Shown: positions 45,456 through 55,176, numbered from the stretch's first letter. The stretch: DNA of 64,000 nucleotides from Bacteroidota bacterium (GCA_051747965.1 JBNJGS010000001.1:40311-104310), one strand, 5' to 3'. Numbers and translations are program-made. Notes: generated by a model from the sequence alone, not told the origin.

Positions 45456-47316
45456 AAAAACCCGGAACATACTGTCTGGATTATTTACCTGTCTTTTTCT
45501 TTTGACAGGAGAATTTGTCAGTGCTCAAAGCAAGAATCAACTGGCTTTTGAGTATTATCGCAACAATGAATTTGATAAGGCGGCCACACTGTTTTTGGAG
45601 TTGTACGAGAACAGAAACAACCAGCATTACAGAAATTATTATATCCAGAGTCTTGTCAAGGATGGTGATCTGGAAAGTGCAGAGAAGTTTATTAAGGAGG
45701 AATTGAGACGATACAAAAACGATCTTGGACTTCAGATTGAACAGGCATATATCTGGGAAGAGCAAGGCAAAACAGAAAAGGCAAATAAAGCCTATCAGGA
45801 GATCATCGAAAATGAAACTCTCAGCAAGCAGGCGGTAACAAGTCTGGCAAACAATTTCATGCAAAAGCGCAAATTTGATTTGGCTGAGCAGACTTATCTT
45901 TCCGGCCAGGAAAACATCAGCAATGAAAATTTTTATTATCAGCTGGCCAATCTGTATGCCATACAACGGAAACACAAAGAAATGACAGAGGCCTATATGG
46001 ATTTGCTTGCAGACAATCCGTCATACCTGACCAATGTTCAGACCAGGTTACAGCGCCTTGCAGCCCGTGATATTGACGAAAGTCTAAATCCGATTCTTGA
46101 GCAGGCCCTGATCAGGCGCATACAGAACAATCCCGACAAAACTGTTTTTTCAGAAATGCTTATTTGGCAGTACGTGCAGACGGGTCAGTATGATGCGGCC
46201 AAAAATCAGGCCATTGCACTTGACAGGCGCCGTGACGAACAAGGCAAACGCCTGTACGAGCTTGGCAAAATGGCCAGCAAGAATGACAAAAAAGAAGTTG
46301 CCGCCGACTGTTTTGAGTATGTTTACCAATTTGGCAGGACATCCCCATATTATTTTGCTTCAAAGCTGATAGAATTGTCGGACACTTACACCGCATTACG
46401 TCAGGAAAATCATGTTGACAATCAGCTGGCTGCTGATCTTGCCGAAGACATAAAAAAAGTCCGTGCTGAAGCTCCCCGCAAGCTTCATTATCAGCTCACT
46501 GTCTTACTGGTTAGAATTCAGGCCTTTTATCTTGACAAGGGAGATCATGCCCTGCTGGAGATTGATTCCATTCTTAATACCGGCCGTCTGGATAAGTCGG
46601 AGCGAAGTGAGATAGAGTTGTTGCGTGGAGACATCAATCTCATCAATGATAATCCCTGGGAAGCCAGCCTGATATATGCAAAAATTGAACAGGACAACAA
46701 GGACAATCCGCTTGGTTCAGAGGCCAAATTCAGAAAAGCAAAAATGGCTTATTACACAGGCCAGTTTGAATGGGCCAAAGCACAATTGGATGTTTTAAAA
46801 GCCAGCACCAGCAAGTTAATTGCCAATGATGCTTTTGAGCTGAGTTTGTTTATTAAGCAAAATGTCATGGAGGACAGTCTCGAAAGTGCCATGAAGTTGT
46901 TTTCCCGTGCTGACCTGCATGAGTTCAAGCACAATTTTGACAGTGCCCTGATGGTACTGGATACAATTCTGGAGAAATTTCCTGCTGATGAATTAACAGA
47001 TGATGTTCTGTTTCGGAAGGGTCGCATCAAGGCCACTCTGGGAGAATATGAAAGTGCTGTTGACCTGTATAATCAGGTTGTAAGTGATCACAGCTGGGGC
47101 ATGCTTGCTGACAATGCTTTGATTGCTATGGGCAAATTACAGGAGGAAAAACTAAACAAACCGGAAGCAGCCATGGAAAGCTTTAAACAAATTTTACTAC
47201 ATCATCCCGGCAGCATATTTGTTACTGAAGCCAGGGAATCTGTCCGAAGGCTCCGGGGTGACAAAGCAGGCTCAGGCGGAGAAATAAACATCCCAGAACC
47301 CGGCAGGGATGAGTAA
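45448..47316 (+). CDS. tetratricopeptide-repeat protein, secreted
   Basis: 622 aa. It has a signal peptide and repeated TPR-like helices (AFEYYRNNEFDKAATLF, AEQTYLSG... and others). Confidence 0.7.
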   Translation: MNKKTRNILSGLFTCLFLLTGEFVSAQSKNQLAFEYYRNNEFDKAATLFLELYENRNNQHYRNYYIQSLVKDGDLESAEKFIKEELRRYKNDLGLQIEQAYIWEEQGKTEKANKAYQEIIENETLSKQAVTSLANNFMQKRKFDLAEQTYLSGQENISNENFYYQLANLYAIQRKHKEMTEAYMDLLADNPSYLTNVQTRLQRLAARDIDESLNPILEQALIRRIQNNPDKTVFSEMLIWQYVQTGQYDAAKNQAIALDRRRDEQGKRLYELGKMASKNDKKEVAADCFEYVYQFGRTSPYYFASKLIELSDTYTALRQENHVDNQLAADLAEDIKKVRAEAPRKLHYQLTVLLVRIQAFYLDKGDHALLEIDSILNTGRLDKSERSEIELLRGDINLINDNPWEASLIYAKIEQDNKDNPLGSEAKFRKAKMAYYTGQFEWAKAQLDVLKASTSKLIANDAFELSLFIKQNVMEDSLESAMKLFSRADLHEFKHNFDSALMVLDTILEKFPADELTDDVLFRKGRIKATLGEYESAVDLYNQVVSDHSWGMLADNALIAMGKLQEEKLNKPEAAMESFKQILLHHPGSIFVTEARESVRRLRGDKAGSGGEINIPEPGRDE

Positions 47317-48196
47317 TCAGGGCAAGGCCATATTGTTTGCCCTATTATCCGTTTTATGCTGGTCAACTGTAGCACCGGCATTCAAACTTGCCCTCAATGA
47401 GATTTCTGTTTTGCAGGTACTCACCATTTCTTCCGGTGTAGCAGCTTTGACTTTACTCATCTTACTGAGTTTTCGCGGTCAGTTAAAAGAGCTTAAAACC
47501 CTTCGTATGGCTGACTTTTGGTGGTCATTATTGTTTGCCGGCATCAATCCCGTTGTATATTATCTGGTCTTGTTCACCGCTTATGACAGATTGCCTGCAC
47601 AAATTGCCCAGCCTTTGAATTACACCTGGCCTGTGATGCTCAGCCTGCTTGCCATTCCCTTTTTGAAGCAAAAATTACCATGGAAGGCTTTGCTGGCCCT
47701 GCTGATAAGTTTTGCCGGAGTCATTGTTATTTCCTTACAGAATGAATCCAACACCGGGCTTGAGACAGACGGTCTGGGTATTTTTCTTGCTCTGGCCAGT
47801 TCTGTGGCCTGGGCTTCATACTGGCTACTGCAATTCAGAAGCCGGCTGGACAAATCATTACAATTATTTTTAAATTTTTCCATCAGTTTTATTTTGCTGA
47901 TTCTCTTATCTGTGGCGACAGGGCAAAGCTTTCCTGAAGGAAAAGAAGCCTGGCTGCCATCCATATGGATAGGCGTATTTGAAATGGGCATAACCTTCTT
48001 TTTATGGATGAGTGCTTTGCAATATGCAGAAAAGACACATATTGTCAGCAACCTGGCATTTTTATCCCCATTTGTTTCACTCTTTTTCATTAACTTAGTG
48101 CTCAAAGAGCCCATTACTGTTTATACAGTTACAGGTTTAAGTTTGATTATCACAGGCATATTGTTACAGAAATATTTAAGCAGGAAACCAGCATGA
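47309..48196 (+). CDS. DMT-superfamily (EamA-like) transporter
   Basis: 295 aa with about 10 hydrophobic segments and a duplicated EamA-type pattern. Confidence 0.8.
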   Translation: MSNQGKAILFALLSVLCWSTVAPAFKLALNEISVLQVLTISSGVAALTLLILLSFRGQLKELKTLRMADFWWSLLFAGINPVVYYLVLFTAYDRLPAQIAQPLNYTWPVMLSLLAIPFLKQKLPWKALLALLISFAGVIVISLQNESNTGLETDGLGIFLALASSVAWASYWLLQFRSRLDKSLQLFLNFSISFILLILLSVATGQSFPEGKEAWLPSIWIGVFEMGITFFLWMSALQYAEKTHIVSNLAFLSPFVSLFFINLVLKEPITVYTVTGLSLIITGILLQKYLSRKPA

Positions 48197-48759
48197 GTAC
48201 AGGCAGAAAAGAAAACATCATAATGGGCATTGACCCCGGGACGAGCATCATGGGCTATGCTGTAATTGCCTGTTCAGGAAAAAAGGTAAAGATGTTGAGT
48301 CTGGGGATTATTGATTTAACCGGATATTCAGACCATTACCTGAAAATCAAGCATATTTTTGAACGCACACAAAGCCTGATAGACCAGTATCATCCTGATG
48401 AGCTGGCCATTGAAGCTCCGTTTTATGGCAAGAATGTACAATCCATGTTAAAGCTTGGCCGGGCACAGGGGGCTGCCATTTCTGCGGCTTTGTCCCGATC
48501 CATGCCTATATTTGAATATGCTCCGAAAAAGATCAAGATGTCGATTACCGGCAATGGCAATGCCCAAAAAGAGCAGGTAGCAAATATGCTTCAGCGTATG
48601 CTTGGATATGAGAATCCACCCAGGCATCTGGATGCCACGGATGCGCTTGGTGCCGCCATGTGTCATCACTATCAAAAGCAGACGCCTATGCAAGGTAACG
48701 GCAGCAAAAGCTGGAAAGCATTTATCCGCAATAATCCAGGGAAAATAAAGGGGATGTGA
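48193..48759 (+). CDS. ruvC: crossover junction endodeoxyribonuclease RuvC
   Basis: 188 aa. The motifs are IMGIDPGTSIMGYAVI, ELAIEAPFYGKNVQSMLKLGRAQG and DATDALGAAMCH. Confidence 0.9.
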   Translation: MSTGRKENIIMGIDPGTSIMGYAVIACSGKKVKMLSLGIIDLTGYSDHYLKIKHIFERTQSLIDQYHPDELAIEAPFYGKNVQSMLKLGRAQGAAISAALSRSMPIFEYAPKKIKMSITGNGNAQKEQVANMLQRMLGYENPPRHLDATDALGAAMCHHYQKQTPMQGNGSKSWKAFIRNNPGKIKGM

Positions 48760-48763
48760 TCAG

Positions 48764-48794
48764 AATTCCGGGATAAGTTTCATTCCGGAATTTT
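48764..48794 (+). terminator. rho-independent terminator after ruvC
   Basis: The hairpin AATTCCGG...CCGGAATT is followed by TTTT. Confidence 0.55.
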
Positions 48795-49046
48795 GGTGGG
48801 ATAACAATTATTCTGGTAAGCATTTTTCATACAGGTTCCGGAAAATAAGTTTAAGAAATCATTAAGAAATTTGCCGGGTTTGGTATTTTACAGGCATTTT
48901 TTTAGATGATTTTATACATGTTTTACAAAACATTTTGTTCACCATCACATGCTAAGTTGCCAGACAGGCTGTCATCAGAGGGTTTACACGTTCCATTCCC
49001 TGAAAAAAAAATTAAAAAAAACTGCATGCTATTGTTTGAAACTCCT

Positions 49047-49054
49047 TAATTTTG
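49047..49054 (+). promoter_or_regulatory. candidate -7 box (TAATTTTG) upstream of korAB
   Basis: It matches TAnnTTTG and lies 40 nt upstream of ATG 49094. Confidence 0.4.
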
Positions 49055-49093
49055 CTGTATAAAATTGTATTTTAACAAACACGTTATACTGTC

Positions 49094-50947
49094 ATGAGTA
49101 AAAACGGAAAAGTAATTGAACGCGAAGAAGTAGTTGTAAAGTTTGCCGGTGACTCCGGTGACGGAATGCAGCTAACGGGCACCCAGTTTTCTGATGCCTC
49201 AGCTTCTTTGGGTAATGATCTTTCAACCTTTCCTGATTTCCCGTCAGAAATCAGGGCGCCACAAGGTACCCTGGCCGGTGTATCCGGATTTCAGGTACGA
49301 ATCGGCACAAAGGACATTGAAACGCCGGGCGATCTGGCTGATGTTTTGGTTGCGATGAATCCCGCAGCCTTAAAGTCTAACCTAAAATGGGTCAAACCAG
49401 GTGCAACCATTATTATCGACATTGATAATTTTGACAATAAGCACTATAAAAAAGCCGGATTTGTTGAAGATCCGCTTGGTGATGGTTCAGTTGAAGGCTA
49501 CAACATTATCAAAGCTCCAATAACTCAGCTCACGCGGGCAACCATTCGTGAGCTTAACATTGGCCTTGATAACAAAACAGCAGACAAGGCCAAGAATCAG
49601 TTTGTCATGGGCATACTGTTTTGGTTATTCAACCGGAATCTTGAAAACGGCAAAGAATTTATCCGGCAAAAATTTGCCAAAAAGCCTAAGCTTGTTGAAG
49701 CAAACATAGCTGTTCTCAATGGTGGCTACCATTATGCCGAGACAATTGAGGCCTTATCTACAACATTTCAGATAAAGCCGTCAGATGAGCGAAAGGGTAC
49801 ATTTCGTCAGATCACTGGTAATGTTGCCACCAGCTGGGGTCTTATTGCCGGCGCAGAAAAAGCAGGAAAGCCATTATTTCTGGGTTCCTATCCCATTACT
49901 CCGGCATCGGAGATATTGCAGGAGTTATCCAACCGCAAGGACATGGGAGTTAAGACATTCCAGGCGGAAGATGAAATTGCCGGTGTAATTACCGCCATTG
50001 GTGCAAGTTTCACAGGCAATCTGGGAGCTACGAGCACATCAGGACCGGGTCTTGCATTAAAAGCTGAGGCACTGGGTCTGGCTGTTATGACTGAATTACC
50101 TCTGGTAGTGGTTAATGTACAGCGCGGAGGCCCTTCAACAGGTCTCCCCACCAAGCCGGAACAATCAGATCTGCTTCAGGCACTGTACGGCAGAAACGGT
50201 GAAAGTCCGATACCGGTTATTGCAGCCACCTCCCCTGGCAATTGTTTTCATTATGCCTTTGAGGCCAGTCGTATCGCCATTGAGCATATGACACCTGTAA
50301 TTTTGCTGACTGACGGATACCTTGCCAATGGCACAGAGCTCTGGAAAATCCCTGATATGGATGACATTCCTGCCATCAATGCCCCTGATGTTGAAGACAA
50401 GGACCCGAATTATGAACCCTACCGCAGGGATCCTGAAAAGCTGAACCGTGACTGGGCAGTTCCCGGTCAAAAAGGTCTCAGACACCGAGTAGGCGGACTT
50501 GAGAAAGCCGATGTTACAGGAGAAGTTTCACATGATCCCTATAACCATCAGCGAATGACAGAGTTGCGCCAGCAGAAAGTTGAACGCATTGCCAAATATA
50601 TTCCTGAGCAGGAGATATATGGCAGTGAAGAAGGTGGTGATCTTCTTGTTGTCGGATGGGGAGGCACATACGGTGCCTTACATACAGCGGTAAAAGAATT
50701 GCGTGATCAGGGCAAAGACATCAGTCTGGCTCAGTTCAACTATATTTATCCGCTGCCGGAAAATACAGAAGAAGTATTCAGTAAGTTTAAGAAGATACTG
50801 GTATGCGAGATTAATATGGGACAATTTGCTCATTATCTGAGATCCCACCTCCCACAATTCACATATTTACAACACAACAAAGTTCAGGGACTGCCATTCT
50901 ACATCTCTGAACTGAAAGAAAAATTCACTGAAATTCTGGAGGGCTAA
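49094..50947 (+). CDS. korA: 2-oxoacid (2-oxoglutarate):ferredoxin oxidoreductase subunit alpha
   Basis: 617 aa. FAGDSGDGMQLTG and the fused gamma/alpha domain pattern are present, and it pairs with a TPP-binding beta subunit. Confidence 0.88.
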   Translation: MSKNGKVIEREEVVVKFAGDSGDGMQLTGTQFSDASASLGNDLSTFPDFPSEIRAPQGTLAGVSGFQVRIGTKDIETPGDLADVLVAMNPAALKSNLKWVKPGATIIIDIDNFDNKHYKKAGFVEDPLGDGSVEGYNIIKAPITQLTRATIRELNIGLDNKTADKAKNQFVMGILFWLFNRNLENGKEFIRQKFAKKPKLVEANIAVLNGGYHYAETIEALSTTFQIKPSDERKGTFRQITGNVATSWGLIAGAEKAGKPLFLGSYPITPASEILQELSNRKDMGVKTFQAEDEIAGVITAIGASFTGNLGATSTSGPGLALKAEALGLAVMTELPLVVVNVQRGGPSTGLPTKPEQSDLLQALYGRNGESPIPVIAATSPGNCFHYAFEASRIAIEHMTPVILLTDGYLANGTELWKIPDMDDIPAINAPDVEDKDPNYEPYRRDPEKLNRDWAVPGQKGLRHRVGGLEKADVTGEVSHDPYNHQRMTELRQQKVERIAKYIPEQEIYGSEEGGDLLVVGWGGTYGALHTAVKELRDQGKDISLAQFNYIYPLPENTEEVFSKFKKILVCEINMGQFAHYLRSHLPQFTYLQHNKVQGLPFYISELKEKFTEILEG

Positions 50948-50952
50948 TTATT

Positions 50953-51972
50953 ATGGAAGACAAACAAAAACTCACAAAAAAAGATTTCGTTGTTGACGGG
51001 CCCGTAAAATGGTGTGCCGGCTGCGGCGCTTTCAGCATATTATCATCCATACAAAATGCATTGCCGGAGATGGGGAAAGATATTGAAGACTTTGTCTTTG
51101 TATCCGGAATCGGCTGTTCATCACGTTTCCCCTATTATATGGAAACATATGGATTTCATGGGCTGCACGGAAGAGCATCAGCCCTTGCGTCGGGGATGAA
51201 AACTGCCAATCCCAAATTGTCAATTTGGCAAATTACCGGTGATGGGGATGCTATGGCTATCGGTGGCAACCACTTTATCCACATGATACGGCGTAATATT
51301 GATATCAATGTGCTTTTGTTCAACAACAAAATCTACGGACTCACCAAGGGACAGTATTCTCCAACCACGCCAAAAGGTTCAATAACCAAAACATCTCCTC
51401 ACGGGACCATTGAAAATCCGTTTAATCCGGGAGAGTTAACCATGGGAGCGCAGGGTACGTTCTTTGCCAGATTGCTGGATAAAGAGCCCAAAATGATGAA
51501 AAACGTATTTATCGAGGCGGAGAAACACAAAGGAACATCCATTATGGAAATCCTTCAGAATTGTGTAATCTTCAACAATGCTGTCCATGAAAGTATTGCA
51601 GGCAAAGACGTGCGTGGTGACCGTACCATTTACCTTGAGCATGGTAAACCAATGCTTTTTGGTAAGGAAAAAGAAAAAGGCCTTGTGATAAAAGAAGGCA
51701 AACTTGCAGTAGTTAAACTGGGCGAAAACGGAATCAGTACAGATGATATTCTGATACATGATGCCCATAATCCCGATCCCAATGTTCACTATATGCTTAG
51801 CCGGATGACCTATCCGGAATTCCCGGTTGCCCTCGGCATTATCCGTTCGGTAAATGATGGTGACACTTACGACCAGTTGCTTGAGCAGCAGGTAGATTAT
51901 GAGAAAAAAGAAAGTAAATTCAACAATATGAATGACTTGCTTAACTCAGGCAAAGTATTTAAGCTTGAATAA
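50953..51972 (+). CDS. korB: 2-oxoacid:ferredoxin oxidoreductase subunit beta
   Basis: 339 aa. It has WCAGCGAFSIL and the TPP motif GDGDAMAIGGNH...NNKIYGLTKGQ. Confidence 0.88.
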   Translation: MEDKQKLTKKDFVVDGPVKWCAGCGAFSILSSIQNALPEMGKDIEDFVFVSGIGCSSRFPYYMETYGFHGLHGRASALASGMKTANPKLSIWQITGDGDAMAIGGNHFIHMIRRNIDINVLLFNNKIYGLTKGQYSPTTPKGSITKTSPHGTIENPFNPGELTMGAQGTFFARLLDKEPKMMKNVFIEAEKHKGTSIMEILQNCVIFNNAVHESIAGKDVRGDRTIYLEHGKPMLFGKEKEKGLVIKEGKLAVVKLGENGISTDDILIHDAHNPDPNVHYMLSRMTYPEFPVALGIIRSVNDGDTYDQLLEQQVDYEKKESKFNNMNDLLNSGKVFKLE

Positions 51973-52003
51973 GGAAAAAATAACCAGCAGAAAACATAGA
52001 TTA

Positions 52004-52034
52004 AGAGGTTGTCGTTCATGGCAACCTCTTTTTG
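52004..52034 (+). terminator. rho-independent terminator after korB
   Basis: The hairpin AGAGGTTG...CAACCTCT is followed by TTTTT. Confidence 0.65.
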
Positions 52035-52083
52035 CATATAATATGCAGCATAATCTTAAATGCTTTTCTTATATTCGTTGATT

Positions 52084-52476
52084 ATGATAAAGAAAATCAG
52101 CATACCTGTTTGCATGCTGGCAGCACTGCTCTTATTTTCTGCCTGTGACACACCATACAGCGATGCAAAAAAAATGCACAGGAGACAGAAAGTATTGCTT
52201 GCGTATCAGCAAAAGGCTGTCAGGGATTCTGTGTTGACCGATGAGGAAATCAACAGGATGCTGGAAGCATACAAAGAAAATCTGGGTTTTAACAGAAATA
52301 TATCCATGAAATACAAAACAGATACTACAGGCATGGCTTCCTATATGGAGCATTTGAATGCAATGAATCAGAACCTGGATGAGCACTATACTACAGTCAA
52401 TAAAAAACTGAAAGCAAGTGAAGGATATGATGAGTTCAGAAAAAAACTGCTTGAATTATATTTTGGAAAACAATAA
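52084..52476 (+). CDS. hypothetical lipoprotein
   Basis: The internal ATG at 52084 gives MIKKISIPVCMLAALLLFSACD, a lipobox. The body is helical and there is no recognisable domain. Confidence 0.5.
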   Translation: MIKKISIPVCMLAALLLFSACDTPYSDAKKMHRRQKVLLAYQQKAVRDSVLTDEEINRMLEAYKENLGFNRNISMKYKTDTTGMASYMEHLNAMNQNLDEHYTTVNKKLKASEGYDEFRKKLLELYFGKQ

Positions 52477-52485
52477 GCTGAGAAC

Positions 52486-53244
52486 ATGAAACAAAGTACA
52501 GGCATCATATTACTATTCATCACGATTCTGGCAGCCCTGATTTTTCAGGCTTGCAATGATCCCAAACAAGCAGGGGAGGAAATTCTAACTTCAAGCAATT
52601 CACTGCTTGAAGCTCAGAATGCAGCCATGGCTGATAGTGTGCTGACAGAAGATGAGATAACTGATCTCATTGAACAAAGGACAGATCTCCGGACATTGCT
52701 AAAATCCACTCTGGATGATACGAACGAGAAAGAAAGGGTTCAACTTTGCAAATATCTGTCTTCCCACATGTATGAGACTGAAAGGGCATGGAAACAATCC
52801 AACCGCCACCTGTTTTATCCCGAGGGTACCAGTAAGTATATTCTGCGGTGTCAGAAATTCAAGCCATTATATCAGGATTGCAAAAGTTGGAGGAAACTGG
52901 CCTCACGCATTTTTTTCAGATCCATACGCGGTACAGCACAAGGAGCTATGGCAGTACAGTACGATTTGGCCAGGAAGCAGGTCAGGGCTGCACAAGACGG
53001 TGAAATAACAGATGAAGAAATTGACAGCATTATTTATGCATTTAAGCGCAGCATGAGCACCTATCAGAATATATATAACAACATCAGTGAAAATGACAAG
53101 CTGGTGAATGAATTTGAAAAGGAGCTGGCTGATATTGAGCAGCGTTTTGCAGAAATGAATAAAGCTGACAGAGCCATGCTGGTGGAAAGTAAAAACTACG
53201 ACAGGCTCAAAGATGCCATGGAAAAAGCCATGTATGATGAATAG
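52486..53244 (+). CDS. hypothetical lipoprotein (helical; shares the SVLTxxEI motif with the preceding gene)
   Basis: 252 aa with signal and lipobox (ALIFQACND). Its DSVLTEDEITDLIE resembles DSVLTDEEINRMLE in the upstream ORF, which suggests the two are distant paralogs. Confidence 0.5.
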   Translation: MKQSTGIILLFITILAALIFQACNDPKQAGEEILTSSNSLLEAQNAAMADSVLTEDEITDLIEQRTDLRTLLKSTLDDTNEKERVQLCKYLSSHMYETERAWKQSNRHLFYPEGTSKYILRCQKFKPLYQDCKSWRKLASRIFFRSIRGTAQGAMAVQYDLARKQVRAAQDGEITDEEIDSIIYAFKRSMSTYQNIYNNISENDKLVNEFEKELADIEQRFAEMNKADRAMLVESKNYDRLKDAMEKAMYDE

Positions 53245-53380
53245 ATCCTTCGGGCAGTCTGGTAAAATTTCTGTTTAACAAAGCGGTCTCTAAGTTTTGG
53301 CAGGGCTGCATGATTTTGGAAAAACTATTTACTACCGGATATTTCTTTTTTCACCCCTCACCTGAAATCAAACACAAGCA

Positions 53381-53566
53381 TCCCTGCAGCCCGACGGAGA
53401 CGGATACCCTGCTGCACTGCAGGGAAGGATTTTGCGCTGTGACAGGAGTGGACGACAGAAACTCCCTGTCACAGCAATGCAAAACCTGCCGTGCAGTGCA
53501 GGAGGTAGCAGGCGGAGGCGGAGAACAAGCCACCGGATAGCCTGAATGCACTTCTGCTGCCCTCCT
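53381..53566. other. GC-rich multi-hairpin intergenic element (candidate structured RNA or palindromic element; strand and identity unknown)
   Basis: There are three strong inverted repeats. The first pairs TCCCTGCAG 53381-53389 with CTGCAGGGA 53417-53425. The second pairs CTGTGACAGGAG 53437-53448 with CTCCCTGTCACAG 53462-53474. The third pairs AGGAGGTAGCAG 53500-53511 with CTGCTGCCCTCCT 53554-53566. By eye the GC content is clearly higher than in the flanks. Confidence 0.3.
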
Positions 53567-53656
53567 ATAAGTCACACTTGTCAAGCTCAGAGCCGGTTTA
53601 AACATTTTTCGGGTACATGTGTTATATTGGTACATTAATTAGAAACATTCTAAATT

Positions 53657-54445
53657 ATGGCTATGAAACACATGAAATTATTACTACTACCCATTTTGCT
53701 GGTGGGAATTATTTCCTGCGAATCAGGAGATAAAACCGAGAAGGAAAAAACATCACATTCAGAGAAAGAAACATCTTCCATCAGTGTAAAAGCTGATGAT
53801 GTGCCGGACTCCCCTTATGCCTTTGGTGATTTGCCTTATTCTGCAGATGCTTTGGAACCCCATATTGATGCAGAAATCATGAGATTGCATTATGGCAAGC
53901 ATCACAAAGGATATTACAAGAAATTTTTGAATGCCATAGAAGGCAGCTCAATTGAAGGAGAGGAATTGTCGGTAATTTTTTCGAAGATAGACAATCACGA
54001 TGCTTCGGTGCGCAACAATGCAGGAGGTTATTACAATCACTGGGTATTTTGGCACAACATGTCACCTGAAGGAGGTGGTGAGCCCGGATCCGCATTAAAA
54101 GCAGCCATTAGCGATGCTTTTGGCAGTATGGACAATTTTTTCTCTGAGTTCAACACCGCAGCAAAGAGTCAGTTTGGCAGTGGCTGGGCCTGGTTGATAA
54201 TGGATGAAAACGGTGAGTTAATGATTACCAACACGCCAAATCAGGACAATCCCCTCATGAACACAAGTGATTATCAGGGATATCCTTTGTTGGCCATTGA
54301 TGTCTGGGAACACGCATATTATCTTCAGTATAAGAATGAGCGTGGCAGTTATATTGAAGCTTTTCGTCATGTAATTGACTGGGAAGAAGTAAGCAGACGT
54401 TATCAGATGGCACTGGAAGGCAAGCATTACATACCACACAAATAA
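53657..54445 (+). CDS. Fe/Mn-family superoxide dismutase with lipoprotein signal and linker (exported)
   Basis: 262 aa. The signal and lipobox read [17 protein letters not shown], followed by a Ser/Glu/Lys linker. The SOD core shows [28 protein letters not shown] and DVWEHAYY. Confidence 0.85.
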   Translation: MAMKHMKLLLLPILLVGIISCESGDKTEKEKTSHSEKETSSISVKADDVPDSPYAFGDLPYSADALEPHIDAEIMRLHYGKHHKGYYKKFLNAIEGSSIEGEELSVIFSKIDNHDASVRNNAGGYYNHWVFWHNMSPEGGGEPGSALKAAISDAFGSMDNFFSEFNTAAKSQFGSGWAWLIMDENGELMITNTPNQDNPLMNTSDYQGYPLLAIDVWEHAYYLQYKNERGSYIEAFRHVIDWEEVSRRYQMALEGKHYIPHK

Positions 54446-54480
54446 AATATTGTTACATTTTAAAAAATACAGGAGAAATT

Positions 54481-55110
54481 ATGTTACACGATAAGATTAA
54501 AGAAGTAGAGTTTCCCGAACTGGGATATGATTACAATGCACTGGAGCCCAATATAGATGCACAGACAATGGAGTTGCATTACACCAAGCATCACAAAGGC
54601 TACTACACCAAATTGCAGAATGCAGTAGAGAACACGGATACCGCAGATAAAAGCCTTGCCGTGGTATTTAAAAACATCAGTAATTATCCGGCAGGTGTGA
54701 GAAACAATGGTGGCGGACATTACAACCACAGTTTATTCTGGAGTGTAATGAGTCCAGATGGTGGTGGTAAACCTTCAGGCAAGCTAATGGATGCCATTGA
54801 GTCGGCTTTTGGTTCTTTTGACAGTTTCAAAGAGAAGTTTGAAACCGCAGCCAAGGGACGATTTGGTTCCGGCTGGGCCTGGCTGGTGGTAAAAGACAAC
54901 AAGCAACTGGCAGTTACTGACACGCCAAACCAGGACAACCCGCTAATGGACACAGTTGATACAAAAGGGATGCCTGTATTAGCACTTGATGTCTGGGAGC
55001 ATGCCTATTACTTAAAATACCAGAATCGTCGTCCGGATTACATTTCAGCTTTCTGGAATGTAGTTGACTGGGATGCAGTATCAAAGCGATATGAAAAAGC
55101 CATATCATGA
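54481..55110 (+). CDS. Fe/Mn-family superoxide dismutase (cytoplasmic)
   Basis: 209 aa. The core shows [28 protein letters not shown] and DVWEHAYY. There is no signal peptide. Confidence 0.9.
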   Translation: MLHDKIKEVEFPELGYDYNALEPNIDAQTMELHYTKHHKGYYTKLQNAVENTDTADKSLAVVFKNISNYPAGVRNNGGGHYNHSLFWSVMSPDGGGKPSGKLMDAIESAFGSFDSFKEKFETAAKGRFGSGWAWLVVKDNKQLAVTDTPNQDNPLMDTVDTKGMPVLALDVWEHAYYLKYQNRRPDYISAFWNVVDWDAVSKRYEKAIS

Positions 55111-55126
55111 TAACAAAACAATGATT

Positions 55127-55167
55127 AAAAAAACCTGCATAAACCAAAGATTATGCAGGTTTTTTTG
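55127..55167. terminator. bidirectional rho-independent terminator between convergent sod and adhesin genes
   Basis: A 16-bp stem (AAAAAAACCTGCATAA / TTATGCAGGTTTTTTT) has an A-run on one side and a T-run on the other. Confidence 0.75.
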
Positions 55168-55176
55168 TCTGATTTT

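Noticed and set aside
49061-49078. A Rex box upstream of korA, suggested by a TTAACAA half-site.
   Set aside because: The left half (AAAATTG) does not match TTGTTAA at the required spacing, so this is a single half-site only.
53381-53566. Identification of the hairpin element as RNase P RNA, tmRNA, SRP RNA or 6S RNA.
   Set aside because: The signature sequences I know for these RNAs are absent on both strands: GGAAAGTCC, the tRNA-like acceptor end with a tag ORF, the GNRA-capped helix with AGCAGCC, and the single long rod with a central bubble.
53310-53635. Protein-coding ORFs of 76 aa (+) and 94 aa (-) in the GC-rich intergenic island.
   Set aside because: They overlap each other, lack credible start context or signal features, and are explained by the lack of stop codons in GC-rich palindromic DNA.
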